This document shows positions 27,399 to 36,078 of a DNA stretch of 64,000 bases, one piece after another. The notes under the pieces were generated by a model, which worked only from the letters and a program-made list of their open reading frames with translations, searched no databases and was not told the DNA's origin. This DNA is from Terracidiphilus sp. GTDB lineage: Bacteria > Acidobacteriota > Terriglobia > Terriglobales > Acidobacteriaceae. Both the position numbers and the translations under genes were made by a program. Positions within the stretch are counted from its first letter, which is position 1. Each line of letters begins with the position of its first letter. The stretch is taken from assembly GCA_050013735.1 (NCBI GenBank), contig JBEKEQ010000002.1, positions 11,834-75,833 of the forward strand. Reading direction: 5' to 3'.

Positions 27399-28298
27399 AT
27401 GCGTGAAAACATTGAATATTGGCTGGTGACGCCGGTGGCGCGGGGGCTGGGACGCCTGCCGCGAGGGCTGGCGCGGCTGCTGGCCGGCGGGCTGGCCTTC
27501 GCGGTCTATTGGGGACACGCGCGGCTGCGGCGGGTGGGCGTGCGCAACCTGGAACTGGCGCTGCCGGAGCTTCCGAGCAAAGAAAAGCGGCGGATTCTGC
27601 GCCTGGTCTACATTCACTTGGGCTGGCAATTGGTGGAGTTCTGCCGGATGCGGCGATACACGCCGGAAAATACGCGGGGATGGATCGGCACCGAGGGGAT
27701 GGAAAACTACCTGGCCGCGGAGGCGCGTGGCAAAGGAGTTCTGGTGTTGACCGGGCACCTGGGCGCGTGGGAGCTGAGCAGCTTTTACCACTCGCTGATG
27801 GGGCACCCGATGGGGATGGTGATCCGGCGGCTCGATAACCGGCGGCTGGACGACTTTGTGAACGGCATCCGCTGCATGCACGGCAACCAGGTGCTGCACA
27901 AAGACGACTTCGGGCGGGGGCTGCTGACGGCCATGCGGGCGGGGCAGACGGTGGGCATCCTGATGGATACGAATATGACTCCGCCGCAAGGGGCGTTTGT
28001 GAAGTTCTTCGGATTGCAGGCGTGCACGGCCACGGGGCTGGCGCACGTGGCGCTGAAGACTGGAGCGGCGGTTCTGCCGGGCTTCATGGTCTGGGAGCCG
28101 AGCCAGCGGAAATACGTGCTGCAGTTCGGGCCGGAGCTGGAATTTGCGCGGACCGGCGATGCGCAGGCGGATATTCTGGCGGCGACGCAGGTTTGTACGC
28201 AGGCGATCGAGGATTGGGTGGGGCGCTATCCTGACCAGTGGCTGTGGATTCACCGGAGATGGAAGACGCGGCCGGCGGGCGAGATGGGGCTGTATTGA
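27399..28298 (+). CDS. Lipid A biosynthesis (LpxL/HtrB-like) lysophospholipid acyltransferase
   Basis: It has an N-terminal TM helix and an HX4E acyltransferase motif (LTGHLGAWELSS). ..DQWLWIHRRWK is the typical C-terminus of this family. It lies adjacent to lpxD. Confidence 0.8.
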   Translation: MRENIEYWLVTPVARGLGRLPRGLARLLAGGLAFAVYWGHARLRRVGVRNLELALPELPSKEKRRILRLVYIHLGWQLVEFCRMRRYTPENTRGWIGTEGMENYLAAEARGKGVLVLTGHLGAWELSSFYHSLMGHPMGMVIRRLDNRRLDDFVNGIRCMHGNQVLHKDDFGRGLLTAMRAGQTVGILMDTNMTPPQGAFVKFFGLQACTATGLAHVALKTGAAVLPGFMVWEPSQRKYVLQFGPELEFARTGDAQADILAATQVCTQAIEDWVGRYPDQWLWIHRRWKTRPAGEMGLY

Positions 28299-28308
28299 GG
28301 AGAAGCGC

Positions 28309-29337
28309 ATGAAGCTTGGCGAACTGGTGGAAGTGTTGGGCGGAAAGCTTGCGCAGGGCAGCGCGGAGTGGGAAGTGGATGGCGTGAGCTCATGGCCGCT
28401 CGCATGTCCATCGGATCTGGCCTTTGCAGAGAACACCGCTGAAGCGTTGAAGGCGCTGGGAAGCAATGCCGGGGTGGTAGTGCTGCGCGCGGGAAATGCC
28501 GAGGCCTATGCGCGCGCCAACTGCGTGGTTGAGGCCGAGCAGCCGCGTCTGTGGTTTGCGCTGGCAGGAAAGCTGCTGAAGCCCATCGCCGCGCCGACCG
28601 GAGTTCACCCCTCGGCCGTGGTGGGCCAGCATGTGAAGCTGGGCGACGACGTGACCGTCGGGCCGTGCGCGGTGGTGGAAGACTACGCGCAGGTTGGCGA
28701 CGGAACGCGCATCGAGGCCGGAGCGGTGATTGGCCGCGGCGTGCGCGTCGGCAACCACTGCCGCATTTATCCGCGGGTGACGATTTATTCAGGAACGGCG
28801 CTGGGCAACTGGGTGACGGTTCATGCGGGGGCGGTGCTGGGCGCGGATGGATTTGGGTATGTGCGCGATCCGGAGAGTGGAGCTTATACGCAGTTTCCGC
28901 AGCAGGGGACGCTGGTGATCGAGGATGACGTGGAGATCGGCGCCAACTCGACCATCGACCGGGGAGCGCTGAGGGAGACGCGGATCGGGCGGGGAACGAA
29001 GATCGATAACCTGGTGCATGTGGGGCACAACTGCGAGATTGGCGAGAACGTGATCCTGGTGGCGCTGGCGGGCATCTCCGGCTCCTGCACGGTGGGCAAT
29101 GGAGCGGTGATCGCGGGCCAAGTGGGCATCGGCGACCATGTGCATATTGGGCCGGGGGTGATTCTGGGCGGGCAGGCCGGCGTCTTCAGCGGGTCCAAGG
29201 TGACCAACGAAGGGTTGAGGCCGGGAACCGTGCTCTACGGTACGCCGGCGCGGCCGTTAAGGCAGGTTCTGCGCGAGCAGGCGGTGCTGGCGCGACTGGC
29301 GAAAAAGCAGGGAACAGGGAATAGGGAACAGGGCTAA
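28309..29337 (+). CDS. lpxD: UDP-3-O-acylglucosamine N-acyltransferase
   Basis: MKLGELVEVLGG.. forms the N-terminal domain, followed by long left-handed hexapeptide repeats (..IGDGTRIEAGAVIGRGVRVGNHCRI..) and ..IDNLVHVGHNCEIG... Confidence 0.9.
   Translation: MKLGELVEVLGGKLAQGSAEWEVDGVSSWPLACPSDLAFAENTAEALKALGSNAGVVVLRAGNAEAYARANCVVEAEQPRLWFALAGKLLKPIAAPTGVHPSAVVGQHVKLGDDVTVGPCAVVEDYAQVGDGTRIEAGAVIGRGVRVGNHCRIYPRVTIYSGTALGNWVTVHAGAVLGADGFGYVRDPESGAYTQFPQQGTLVIEDDVEIGANSTIDRGALRETRIGRGTKIDNLVHVGHNCEIGENVILVALAGISGSCTVGNGAVIAGQVGIGDHVHIGPGVILGGQAGVFSGSKVTNEGLRPGTVLYGTPARPLRQVLREQAVLARLAKKQGTGNREQG
29310..29333 (+). other. Canonical potential G-quadruplex motif G3-AACA-G3-AATA-G3-AACA-G3 at the 3' end of lpxD
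   Basis: The sequence read directly is GGGAACAGGGAATAGGGAACAGGG. It ends 1 nt before the TAA stop at 29335-29337 and encodes ..GTGNREQG*. Confidence 0.5.
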
Positions 29338-29362
29338 ACACACATAGGGAATGGTGCCCCTC

Positions 29363-29911
29363 TCAGGGCAGCATGTCAGTTGGTTTCGTCATCATCACAA
29401 TGAGGTGTGGATGGGTCACATTCAGCGGCGTACCGTCCTTGGTGAATTTCACTTCCAGGATATATCTCTTACCCTTTTCACCTACGAAATCTCCTATCCG
29501 TCTAGACATCAAGTCTTTTGTAGATACATCAACGTTGGAGTCTATGCCGTGAACCGATCCATGAGCCACAGAGTGGTCACCATCCCAGACGGTCCAGTCT
29601 GCTTCAAGCAGCGTTTCATAGTGGAACATCCCGCAGTGATCGGGTTGCCAGGGAAATGCTTTCACGCCGATCATGCAATTCAATTCGGCGGGAGGGATGG
29701 TTCTTTCTACTTGGATGGAGATAGTGTAGACCTCGTGCTTGATGGGGAATTCAGGCGTCCGAATCGTGCCCGCCGCGAGCGATATTGGCGTATCCAGTAC
29801 GGGCTTTCTACAAAGGAAGCAGGAACCTGCCCATGCTGTCGATGCAAAGGCAAACGCTACCAGTGTTCCGTAGACGATACCAAGCAACTGACGTCTGAAA
29901 ATTCGCCTCAT
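29363..29911 (-). CDS. Hypothetical exported protein (orphan, lower G+C than its neighbours)
   Basis: ATG at 29911 opens a 182-aa ORF. The N-terminal signal or anchor is LLGIVYGTLVAFAFASTAWA. I recognise no family. It is flanked by repeat elements. Confidence 0.5.
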   Translation of the reverse strand: MRRIFRRQLLGIVYGTLVAFAFASTAWAGSCFLCRKPVLDTPISLAAGTIRTPEFPIKHEVYTISIQVERTIPPAELNCMIGVKAFPWQPDHCGMFHYETLLEADWTVWDGDHSVAHGSVHGIDSNVDVSTKDLMSRRIGDFVGEKGKRYILEVKFTKDGTPLNVTHPHLIVMMTKPTDMLP

Positions 29912-29987
29912 GAATCACTCTCAATTCCTGTCGCCTCGGGTCCCGTCCCTCCGGGGCTGAGGCCCGCATCCAATTCTGCGGTTTTAT

Positions 29988-30051
29988 GCGGGGGTTGAAA
30001 CCCCCGCCTCCCTCCGTATTGGGCCGGCTGCGGCACGGCTGAAGCCATGCC
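29988..30051 (-). repeat. Two adjacent REP-like hairpins with UUCA tetraloops on the minus strand
   Basis: GCGGGGGT-TGAA-ACCCCCGC lies at 29988-30007 and GGCACGGC-TGAA-GCCATGCC at 30032-30051. The second has a C.A mismatch on the plus strand but a G.U wobble on the minus strand. Confidence 0.5.
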
Positions 30052-30086
30052 CTGATACAAGGCTAGTTTATGAAACGCTCTCCAGG

Positions 30087-30134
30087 CGACCTGCCACCTG
30101 CGACTGACCACTGATCGCTGACCACTGACCACCG
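30087..30134 (-). repeat. CAGTG-periodic array immediately 3' of the xseB stop (read on the minus strand)
   Basis: The minus strand reads GGTGGTCAGTGGTCAGCGATCAGTGGTCAGTCGCAGGTGGCAGG. Confidence 0.5.
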
Positions 30135-30137
30135 TCG

Positions 30138-30365
30138 TCAGAACGGCTTTTCAGTCAAAAACGGTTCCGGCTTGAGCGAGCCGTCGCGCTGCTTCACCAG
30201 CATCTGCACCTTGCCTTCGGCGGCATCCAGTTCCTGCTTGCAGGCGGCGGAGAGGCCAACGCCCTCCTCGAAGAGTTTGAGCGATTCTTCCAGAGCCAGG
30301 TCGCCCTTTTCCAGTTGATCGACGATGGTTTCGAGCTTCTTGAGCGATTCTTCAAACGAGGGCAT
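30138..30365 (-). CDS. xseB: Exodeoxyribonuclease VII small subunit
   Basis: [38 protein letters not shown].. is a classic XseB sequence. ATG at 30365 is chosen; the longer track ORF overlaps the upstream gene. Confidence 0.85.
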   Translation of the reverse strand: MPSFEESLKKLETIVDQLEKGDLALEESLKLFEEGVGLSAACKQELDAAEGKVQMLVKQRDGSLKPEPFLTEKPF

Positions 30366-30370
30366 GGCAA

Positions 30371-32248
30371 TTACTCCGTGGATGGGGCGGGTGCCGGCGG
30401 CAGCACAGACGCGATCACTTCCGCCGCCGCAGTGTAGCGGCCGAATGGAGCGCTGACCTGCACGCCCTGAACCAGCGGGCGGACGGCTTCGAGCATCTCT
30501 TGCGCGATCTTGATGCCTTCGCGGCGCGAGGCGTCGGGTGTTTCGCACTGTGCCATGCGCAGCATGATCTCCTCGGGCATGGAGACGCGCAGATCGTTCT
30601 TCATAAACTCCGCGTTGCGCAGGCTGGTGAGCGGCCAAATGCCGGCGATGACCGGAATGCGATGGCCCTCGATGCGCTCAAGAAAATCTTCCAGCAGCCG
30701 CAGATCGAAGACTGGTTGAGTGATGGCGTATTCGCCGCCTGCCTCAACTTTGTAGAAAAAGCGGCGCAGCTCGTTTTCAATGTCCGGAACCCCAGGGTTG
30801 GCGGCCACGCCGATGGTGAAGTTGGTGCTGGCGCCGATGGAGTTTGCGCCGATGTCGAGTCCGTGATTCAAACGGCGCACGATGTTGACCAGACCGATGG
30901 AATCCACGTCAAACACAGCAGTAGCGTCAGGATAATTTCCCAACTTGGGCGGGTCGCCGGTGAGGCAGAGGATGTTGCGCAAGCCGATCGATGATGCGCC
31001 CAGCAAGTCCGACTGAATGCTCAGCAGATTGCGGTCGCGGCAGGTGTAATGCAGGATGGTCTCAATGCCGGTGTGTTGCTGAATCTGAATGCAGAGGCTT
31101 TGCGCGCTCATGCGGGCCGAGGCGCGCGGGGAGTCGGGCACGTTGATGGCGTGGACGCCAAGCTGCGCCAGGATGCGCGCGCCCTCGATCTCCTTGGCGC
31201 AGTCGATGCCTTTTGGCGGAACAATCTCGACCAAGGTGATGAACTTGCCTTCTTCGACGAGAGCGCCGATTCGCGAACGCTGACCCAGCGGCGCGGGCGG
31301 AGTTTCCGTGTTCAGCGCTGGCGCTTCGCCGGAGACTTCGACGCGGGCCTGCGCAACCAGCGCGCGCATGGCCGAGCGCATGGCGCGGATGTGGTTTGGG
31401 GTGGTGCCGCAGCAGCCGCCCACAATCTGAGCTCCGGCGGCAATGGCTTTGCGGGCAAAGCTGGCCATGTACTCCGGCGAGCAGAGATAGATGTTGCGTC
31501 CCTCCACGGCGCGAGGCATGCCGGCGTTGGGCATGGCGGCCAATGGCAGCGTGGTGGCCGGGCGCATGGCTTCGATGGCGGTGAGCACGGTGGCCGGGCC
31601 GGTGGAGCAGTTGACGCCAATGGCCCCGGCGCCCCACTCGGTGAGCAGCGCAGCAGCCTGCGCGGGCGTGGAGCCGTCGAGGCAGGTGCTGTCGTCGTCC
31701 ACGGTGACCATCACCAGCACGGGCAGGTCGGGAGCGGTCTCGTGGGCGGCTTCAAGGGCAACGCGCGCTTCGTTCAGCGCGGGCATGGTTTCGATAATGA
31801 GCAGGTCGACGCCCGCATCGGCCAAGGCGTGAATCTGCTCGGCAAAGGCGGCGCGGGCTTCTTCCAGGCCGGTTTTTCCCAACGGCTCGAGGCGCACGCC
31901 AAGGGGGCCTACCGATCCGCCTACCCAGGCTTCGCCGGCCTGCTTGTCTTTGAGATGCTTGACGGCCTGGCGGGCCAGGCGCACACCTGCTGCGTTGATT
32001 TCAGCCACTTTGCCACCCAAACCATGACGGGCGAGGCGGAAGCGGTTGGCGCCAAAGGTGTTGGTTTCAAGAATCTCAGCCCCGGCCTGGAGGTACTCTT
32101 CGTGGATAGACAGGATGAGGCTGGGGTCGGAGAGGTTGAGCTCGTCGTAACAGCGGTGGATAAAGACGCCGCGGGCGTAAAGCACGGTGCCCATGGCGCC
32201 GTCGGCGAGAATGGGGCGGCTTGCAAAGATGTCGGCGAATTGCGGCAT
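30371..32248 (-). CDS. Bifunctional homocysteine S-methyltransferase / 5,10-methylenetetrahydrofolate reductase (YitJ-like fusion)
   Basis: The N-terminal Hcy-binding domain shows ADGAMGT, ..ETNTFGAN.., ..GVNCSTG.. and ..[12 protein letters not shown]... The C-terminal MTHFR-like TIM barrel shows ..[11 protein letters not shown].. and ..LHYTCRDRN... Confidence 0.85.
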   Translation of the reverse strand: MPQFADIFASRPILADGAMGTVLYARGVFIHRCYDELNLSDPSLILSIHEEYLQAGAEILETNTFGANRFRLARHGLGGKVAEINAAGVRLARQAVKHLKDKQAGEAWVGGSVGPLGVRLEPLGKTGLEEARAAFAEQIHALADAGVDLLIIETMPALNEARVALEAAHETAPDLPVLVMVTVDDDSTCLDGSTPAQAAALLTEWGAGAIGVNCSTGPATVLTAIEAMRPATTLPLAAMPNAGMPRAVEGRNIYLCSPEYMASFARKAIAAGAQIVGGCCGTTPNHIRAMRSAMRALVAQARVEVSGEAPALNTETPPAPLGQRSRIGALVEEGKFITLVEIVPPKGIDCAKEIEGARILAQLGVHAINVPDSPRASARMSAQSLCIQIQQHTGIETILHYTCRDRNLLSIQSDLLGASSIGLRNILCLTGDPPKLGNYPDATAVFDVDSIGLVNIVRRLNHGLDIGANSIGASTNFTIGVAANPGVPDIENELRRFFYKVEAGGEYAITQPVFDLRLLEDFLERIEGHRIPVIAGIWPLTSLRNAEFMKNDLRVSMPEEIMLRMAQCETPDASRREGIKIAQEMLEAVRPLVQGVQVSAPFGRYTAAAEVIASVLPPAPAPSTE

Positions 32249-32443
32249 TCTCTTGTCATGCTAAGGCACTGCGCCGGTACGCGCCAGAGGGCCGGGCCGC
32301 TTTGTTATACTTCGGTAGTCATAAGCTTTGCAGAAAACGGTTCCGGGCCGGGGTTTGTTCCGCTTCAGGCCGTTGAACCGGCAACGGCCATCCATACGTT
32401 CGCGCTGCGGAATGCTGCGCGGCTTTCGTCGAGGTAGGGGATT

Positions 32444-33967
32444 TTGAAGAAGCAGAGAAGTCTTTGGATGAGCGCCGCCGCAGCGTTGATTGTCGCGGGA
32501 GCATTTTCAGGTTGCGGGAGCACTACGTATTTTGCGGGTCGCAAGCTGCCGCCCAGCGGATTGACCAACCGAGTGCTGATCTCGGTTCAGAACCCCAACC
32601 CGCTTACCAGGGGCTCGCTCCTGATTGTCGATGCCTATTACGACATCCGCTCCAGCTACAACGACAAAGTCGCACAGTTTTCCATCGCCGGTTATACGGG
32701 CGGGCTGCCCGTCTCCATCCAGAACATGCCGGAAGAGCAAGTGGGATTTGTGTATGGCTCCGCGGACGGCAGCTTCGTTCCGATCAACTATGCCGCAGAG
32801 AGCTCCGGCGCCAACATCGGCGGCTTGAGCGGCTTTTCTTCCAGCGTATTTGCAAATCGTAGCCAGACGTTCGTCTTCGCCGCTAATCAGCAGCAGCACC
32901 TGTTCACCGCCATCAACGCCACCAGCGGCGGGGCTTTTGGGTTCAGCCTGCCCGGCGTTTACCGGGTGAGCGTGAACCCTGGCGGCACATTGGCCCTGGC
33001 GTTTGTTCAGAATTCGAATTACGTTTACTACCCGCGGCAACTGACGGCTGGGGAGACCATCGCCTACTCCGGCGGCCCCAGCACCTGGCCCGCGGCGGCA
33101 TATGACTGCGAGCCGCAAACCGCGCCGCTGTGGTGCCTGTTCCAGGTGCAGGATCCAACCACTGGGAATCCCTTAAGTTTCAACCGGCCGGTCAAGGCTG
33201 TCTTTTCCACCGACGGAGGAACCGCTTACATTCTCAATTGCGGGCCAGAGTGCGGGGGGACCACGGCCTCTAATCCCTCAACAACGCCATTGGCCGGCGC
33301 TTCGGTGACCTCACTGCCCGTCGCGCCCATGATTTTCCCGCCCGGCCAGGCGTCGGGAACGCTGCCCACTCAAGCTGCGATCAACGCGAATTGCGCAAGT
33401 GCCGGCAACCTGACCGGCTGCACCATCCCCGTGCCTGGAGGGTCGAGCAATGCGCTGGTCTCCAGTTCCACGCTCTATGTTGTGGGACAACAGCCAGTGC
33501 AACTGCAAAACCAGACGCTGTTTACCGGCAATTTGACGGTGGTGAATCTTTCCGCTGGCGCGGTTGTTCCCTCTACAACTGCGGCGCCCAATCCGGCGTC
33601 TATCAGCGATGGAGCCGCGGGCGCACCGAGCCGCATGTTGCTGGCTGACGACAACACGCTGTGGATCGGCATGACCAAGTGCACCAACGGAGTTCGCGCG
33701 GCGACGGGACAACCGGACGGCTGCCTGACCATGGTGAACAGCACCAACAATACGGTGACCTTGCTTGAGCCCTACCTGGGTGACGCAACGGGTATTGCCG
33801 GGGTGGAAGGGCTGCACAAGATTTACACGGCCGAGGGTGGTCAGGTGTATATCTACTCCACCGTAGACGGCACCTCAATCGACAACCAGTACGTCACCGT
33901 CACCGGCGTAGCCTCCGACGTTGCTTACATGGATGCGACCACCGACGCCGACAACACTGTCTATTGA
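32444..33967 (+). CDS. Hypothetical lipoprotein, probably beta-propeller-like
   Basis: TTG at 32444 follows GAGGTAGGGG. The sequence (M)KKQRSLWMSAAAALIVAGAFSGCGS looks like a lipobox. The mature part is rich in G/S/T/N/Y beta-type repeats. I recognise no family. Confidence 0.6.
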   Translation: MKKQRSLWMSAAAALIVAGAFSGCGSTTYFAGRKLPPSGLTNRVLISVQNPNPLTRGSLLIVDAYYDIRSSYNDKVAQFSIAGYTGGLPVSIQNMPEEQVGFVYGSADGSFVPINYAAESSGANIGGLSGFSSSVFANRSQTFVFAANQQQHLFTAINATSGGAFGFSLPGVYRVSVNPGGTLALAFVQNSNYVYYPRQLTAGETIAYSGGPSTWPAAAYDCEPQTAPLWCLFQVQDPTTGNPLSFNRPVKAVFSTDGGTAYILNCGPECGGTTASNPSTTPLAGASVTSLPVAPMIFPPGQASGTLPTQAAINANCASAGNLTGCTIPVPGGSSNALVSSSTLYVVGQQPVQLQNQTLFTGNLTVVNLSAGAVVPSTTAAPNPASISDGAAGAPSRMLLADDNTLWIGMTKCTNGVRAATGQPDGCLTMVNSTNNTVTLLEPYLGDATGIAGVEGLHKIYTAEGGQVYIYSTVDGTSIDNQYVTVTGVASDVAYMDATTDADNTVY

Positions 33968-33970
33968 GCT

Positions 33971-34009
33971 CAGTGTGCAGTGTGCAGTGAACAGTGGGCA
34001 GTGGTGAGG
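33971..34009 (+). repeat. CAGTG-periodic array immediately 3' of the lipoprotein gene stop
   Basis: The sequence reads CAGTGTGCAGTGTGCAGTGAACAGTGGGCAGTGGTGAGG. Confidence 0.5.
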
Positions 34010-34043
34010 TTTCATCACTTTGGTCCTTGATCCAGGCTGTTTT

Positions 34044-34320
34044 TGAAAGGGCATGGCTTTAGGCATGCCGAAAACGGTGTCTTAAAAGGCCAGGGCTTCA
34101 CAGGCCGCGGAAAAATTCAACATCAGGTGCAAGAAGTGTCAGGGCACGACTTCACCGGGATCCCCGGCGACAGGTCTTCGTCGCTGGGGTGGGGTTTCAG
34201 TCGTGCCGTAAGTGCAGTAAAAACAACGAGGGCTTCAGCCCCTGCGGGCGGTTCTTCCGGCAATTCGCCTTTCATTCGGAGCTTTTCCGCAACTTCTTCA
34301 GCCCCTGGGGGCTTTTGGCG
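34044..34320. repeat. Cluster of degenerate REP-like hairpin units (BIME-like intergenic repeat region)
   Basis: The units are GGGCATGGCTTTAGGCATGCC, GGCCAGGGCTTCACAGGCC, a split pair GGGCACGACTTCA..TTTCAGTCGTGCC, AGGGCTTCAGCCCT, and a repeated TTCAGCCCCTG. Confidence 0.55.
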
Positions 34321-34424
34321 GCTTTCACCACCTTTTCCGGTTTTATCCGCAGCCTATTTAGTCCAGGGGTTGCGCAGATTCAATAGCAACCCGACTCCCA
34401 GCCGTTCAACGGGAACAATTGCCT

Positions 34425-35204
34425 ATGACCGCCGACTCTGTTCCTGATGCTTACCAGGCCGATGTTCTGGCCATTGCCGCGCACCGCGACGACGTGGAAC
34501 AGACCTGTGGCGGAACTCTGCTGCGAATGGCCAGCCGAGGGTTGCGGACCGCCATTCTGGACCTGACGCAAGGCGAAGCTGGAACCCGCGGCACGGCGCA
34601 GGACCGCGCCAGTGAAGCAGCGGAAGCAGCGCGGCTGCTGGGGGTGGGCTGGCGGCAAGCGCTGAGTTTGCCCGACGGCGCCATTGAGAATACGCTCCCA
34701 AACCGGATCGGAATTGCGCGGGTCCTGCGGCGACTGCTGCCGCGGGTGGTGATTCTTCCTTACTGGCAGGCGCGGCACCCAGACCACGCCATCGTAGCAA
34801 CGCTGGGCTATGACGCCTGCTTCCTCTCAGGGCTGGCCAAAGCACCTGCGGTACGGCCGGCAGCGTCTTCGGCGCAAGAAGGCGCGGAGCTGGATGGTTC
34901 ACCGCATCGTCCGTTCAAGATCGTCTACGCGAGCCTGTACGCCGATGTGCGGCCGAGTTTCATCGTGGACATTACGCCGTTCATCGAACAACGCCACGCT
35001 GCGCTGATGGCCTACCGCTCGCAATACGCCAACCAGGCCGCGGGTGGAGGGCTGTTTGTTCCTGAGGAGGAAATTCGCGAGCGCACCTTTGCCGAAGCGC
35101 GGCACTATGGGCTGCTGGCTGGCGTGCGCTATGGAGAGCCGTTTGCGCAGAAGGAAGTAGGGCTGGTAGACGATTTGACTCTGCTGCCGGTGCAGTCGAT
35201 TTAA
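34425..35204 (+). CDS. PIG-L/LmbE family deacetylase (BshB1-like, bacillithiol biosynthesis)
   Basis: VLAIAAHRDDVEQTCGGTLL.. is the AHxDDxE motif. ..DLTQGEAGTRG.. and ..HPDH.. are also present. Confidence 0.75.
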   Translation: MTADSVPDAYQADVLAIAAHRDDVEQTCGGTLLRMASRGLRTAILDLTQGEAGTRGTAQDRASEAAEAARLLGVGWRQALSLPDGAIENTLPNRIGIARVLRRLLPRVVILPYWQARHPDHAIVATLGYDACFLSGLAKAPAVRPAASSAQEGAELDGSPHRPFKIVYASLYADVRPSFIVDITPFIEQRHAALMAYRSQYANQAAGGGLFVPEEEIRERTFAEARHYGLLAGVRYGEPFAQKEVGLVDDLTLLPVQSI

Positions 35205-35322
35205 GGGCGTAACTCGGAGAATTCCGGAAAGAATTACATATAAGCAATTCTTATCGAGGACAAAAACACAATAGCTTTGCACGATGGACTAGGTTTGGCG
35301 ACACTGGCAGTGGAGGCAGCTT

Positions 35323-36072
35323 GTGACGCAGAACTGGGACCCTGAGGCCTACGCGCAGAACGGCGCATTCGTTCATGGCCTCGCCGGCGGAGTGTTGGAA
35401 TGGCTGGCCGCGCAGCCGGGCGAGCGCATCCTCGACTTGGGTTGCGGAGATGGGCAACTGACCCAGCGCATCGCCGCTGCGGGCGCAAGCGTGGCCGGCG
35501 TGGATGCGTCGCCGGAGATGGTTGCGGCGGCGCGTTTGCACGGGATTGCAGCGAGTGAAGGCAGCGCCGAGCAGCTGCCTTATCCCGACGCCGCCTTTGA
35601 TGCGGTCTTTTCCAACGCGGCGCTGCACTGGGTGCGCGACCAGGACGCCATGATGGCCGAGGTGCGGCGCGTGCTCAAGCCGGGGGGCCGGTTTGTGGCC
35701 GAGATGGGCGGGCACGGCAATATCGCGGCCATTCGCGTGGCGTTGATGGCTGTTCTGGCGCGACACGGGCACGCGGACGCCGAGGAAGGCGTCAACTACT
35801 ATCCCACCCCGGAAGGCTATACGAGGCGTCTCGAACGCCATGGATTTCGAGTGCGGCAAATGGCGCTGATTCCACGCCCCACGCCACTGGCTGAGAGCGG
35901 AATGACGGGCTGGCTGAAGACCTTCCGGCGGGGCGTGCTTGAGAGCCTGCCAGAGGGGATCCGGGAGGCGGTTGTCGAGGAGACGGCCGCGCTGCTCACG
36001 ACGGCGCTTCGCGATGAGGATGGGGATTGGACGGCCGACTATGTGCGACTGCGCTTCATTGCCGAGGCGTGA
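35323..36072 (+). CDS. Class I SAM-dependent methyltransferase (trans-aconitate methyltransferase-like)
   Basis: GTG follows GGAGG. It shows ..WDPEAYAQNG.., motif I ILDLGCGDGQLT and ..AVFSNAALHW... Confidence 0.8.
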   Translation: MTQNWDPEAYAQNGAFVHGLAGGVLEWLAAQPGERILDLGCGDGQLTQRIAAAGASVAGVDASPEMVAAARLHGIAASEGSAEQLPYPDAAFDAVFSNAALHWVRDQDAMMAEVRRVLKPGGRFVAEMGGHGNIAAIRVALMAVLARHGHADAEEGVNYYPTPEGYTRRLERHGFRVRQMALIPRPTPLAESGMTGWLKTFRRGVLESLPEGIREAVVEETAALLTTALRDEDGDWTADYVRLRFIAEA

Positions 36073-36078
36073 GGCCTT

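Noticed and set aside
27393-28466. A 357-aa minus-strand ORF opposite the LpxL-like acyltransferase and the start of lpxD.
   Set aside because: It is a shadow ORF with Pro/Arg/His-rich composition. The plus-strand genes carry clear family motifs (HX4E and hexapeptide repeats).
32249-32443. A possible SAM, SAH or cobalamin riboswitch upstream of the Hcy-methyltransferase/MTHFR gene.
   Set aside because: I could not find the conserved cores on the minus strand (S-box GAGGGA/kink-turn, or a B12 box). A plus-strand GCCGUUGAACCGGCAACGG string loosely resembles part of the S-box, but it is on the wrong strand and lacks the rest of the motif. An Infernal scan is needed to settle this.
34043-34447. 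134-aa and 65-aa ORFs in the 33968-34424 intergenic region.
   Set aside because: They are read-through of the REP-like hairpin field. Their peptides are repeats of the same degenerate unit, and there is no start context.
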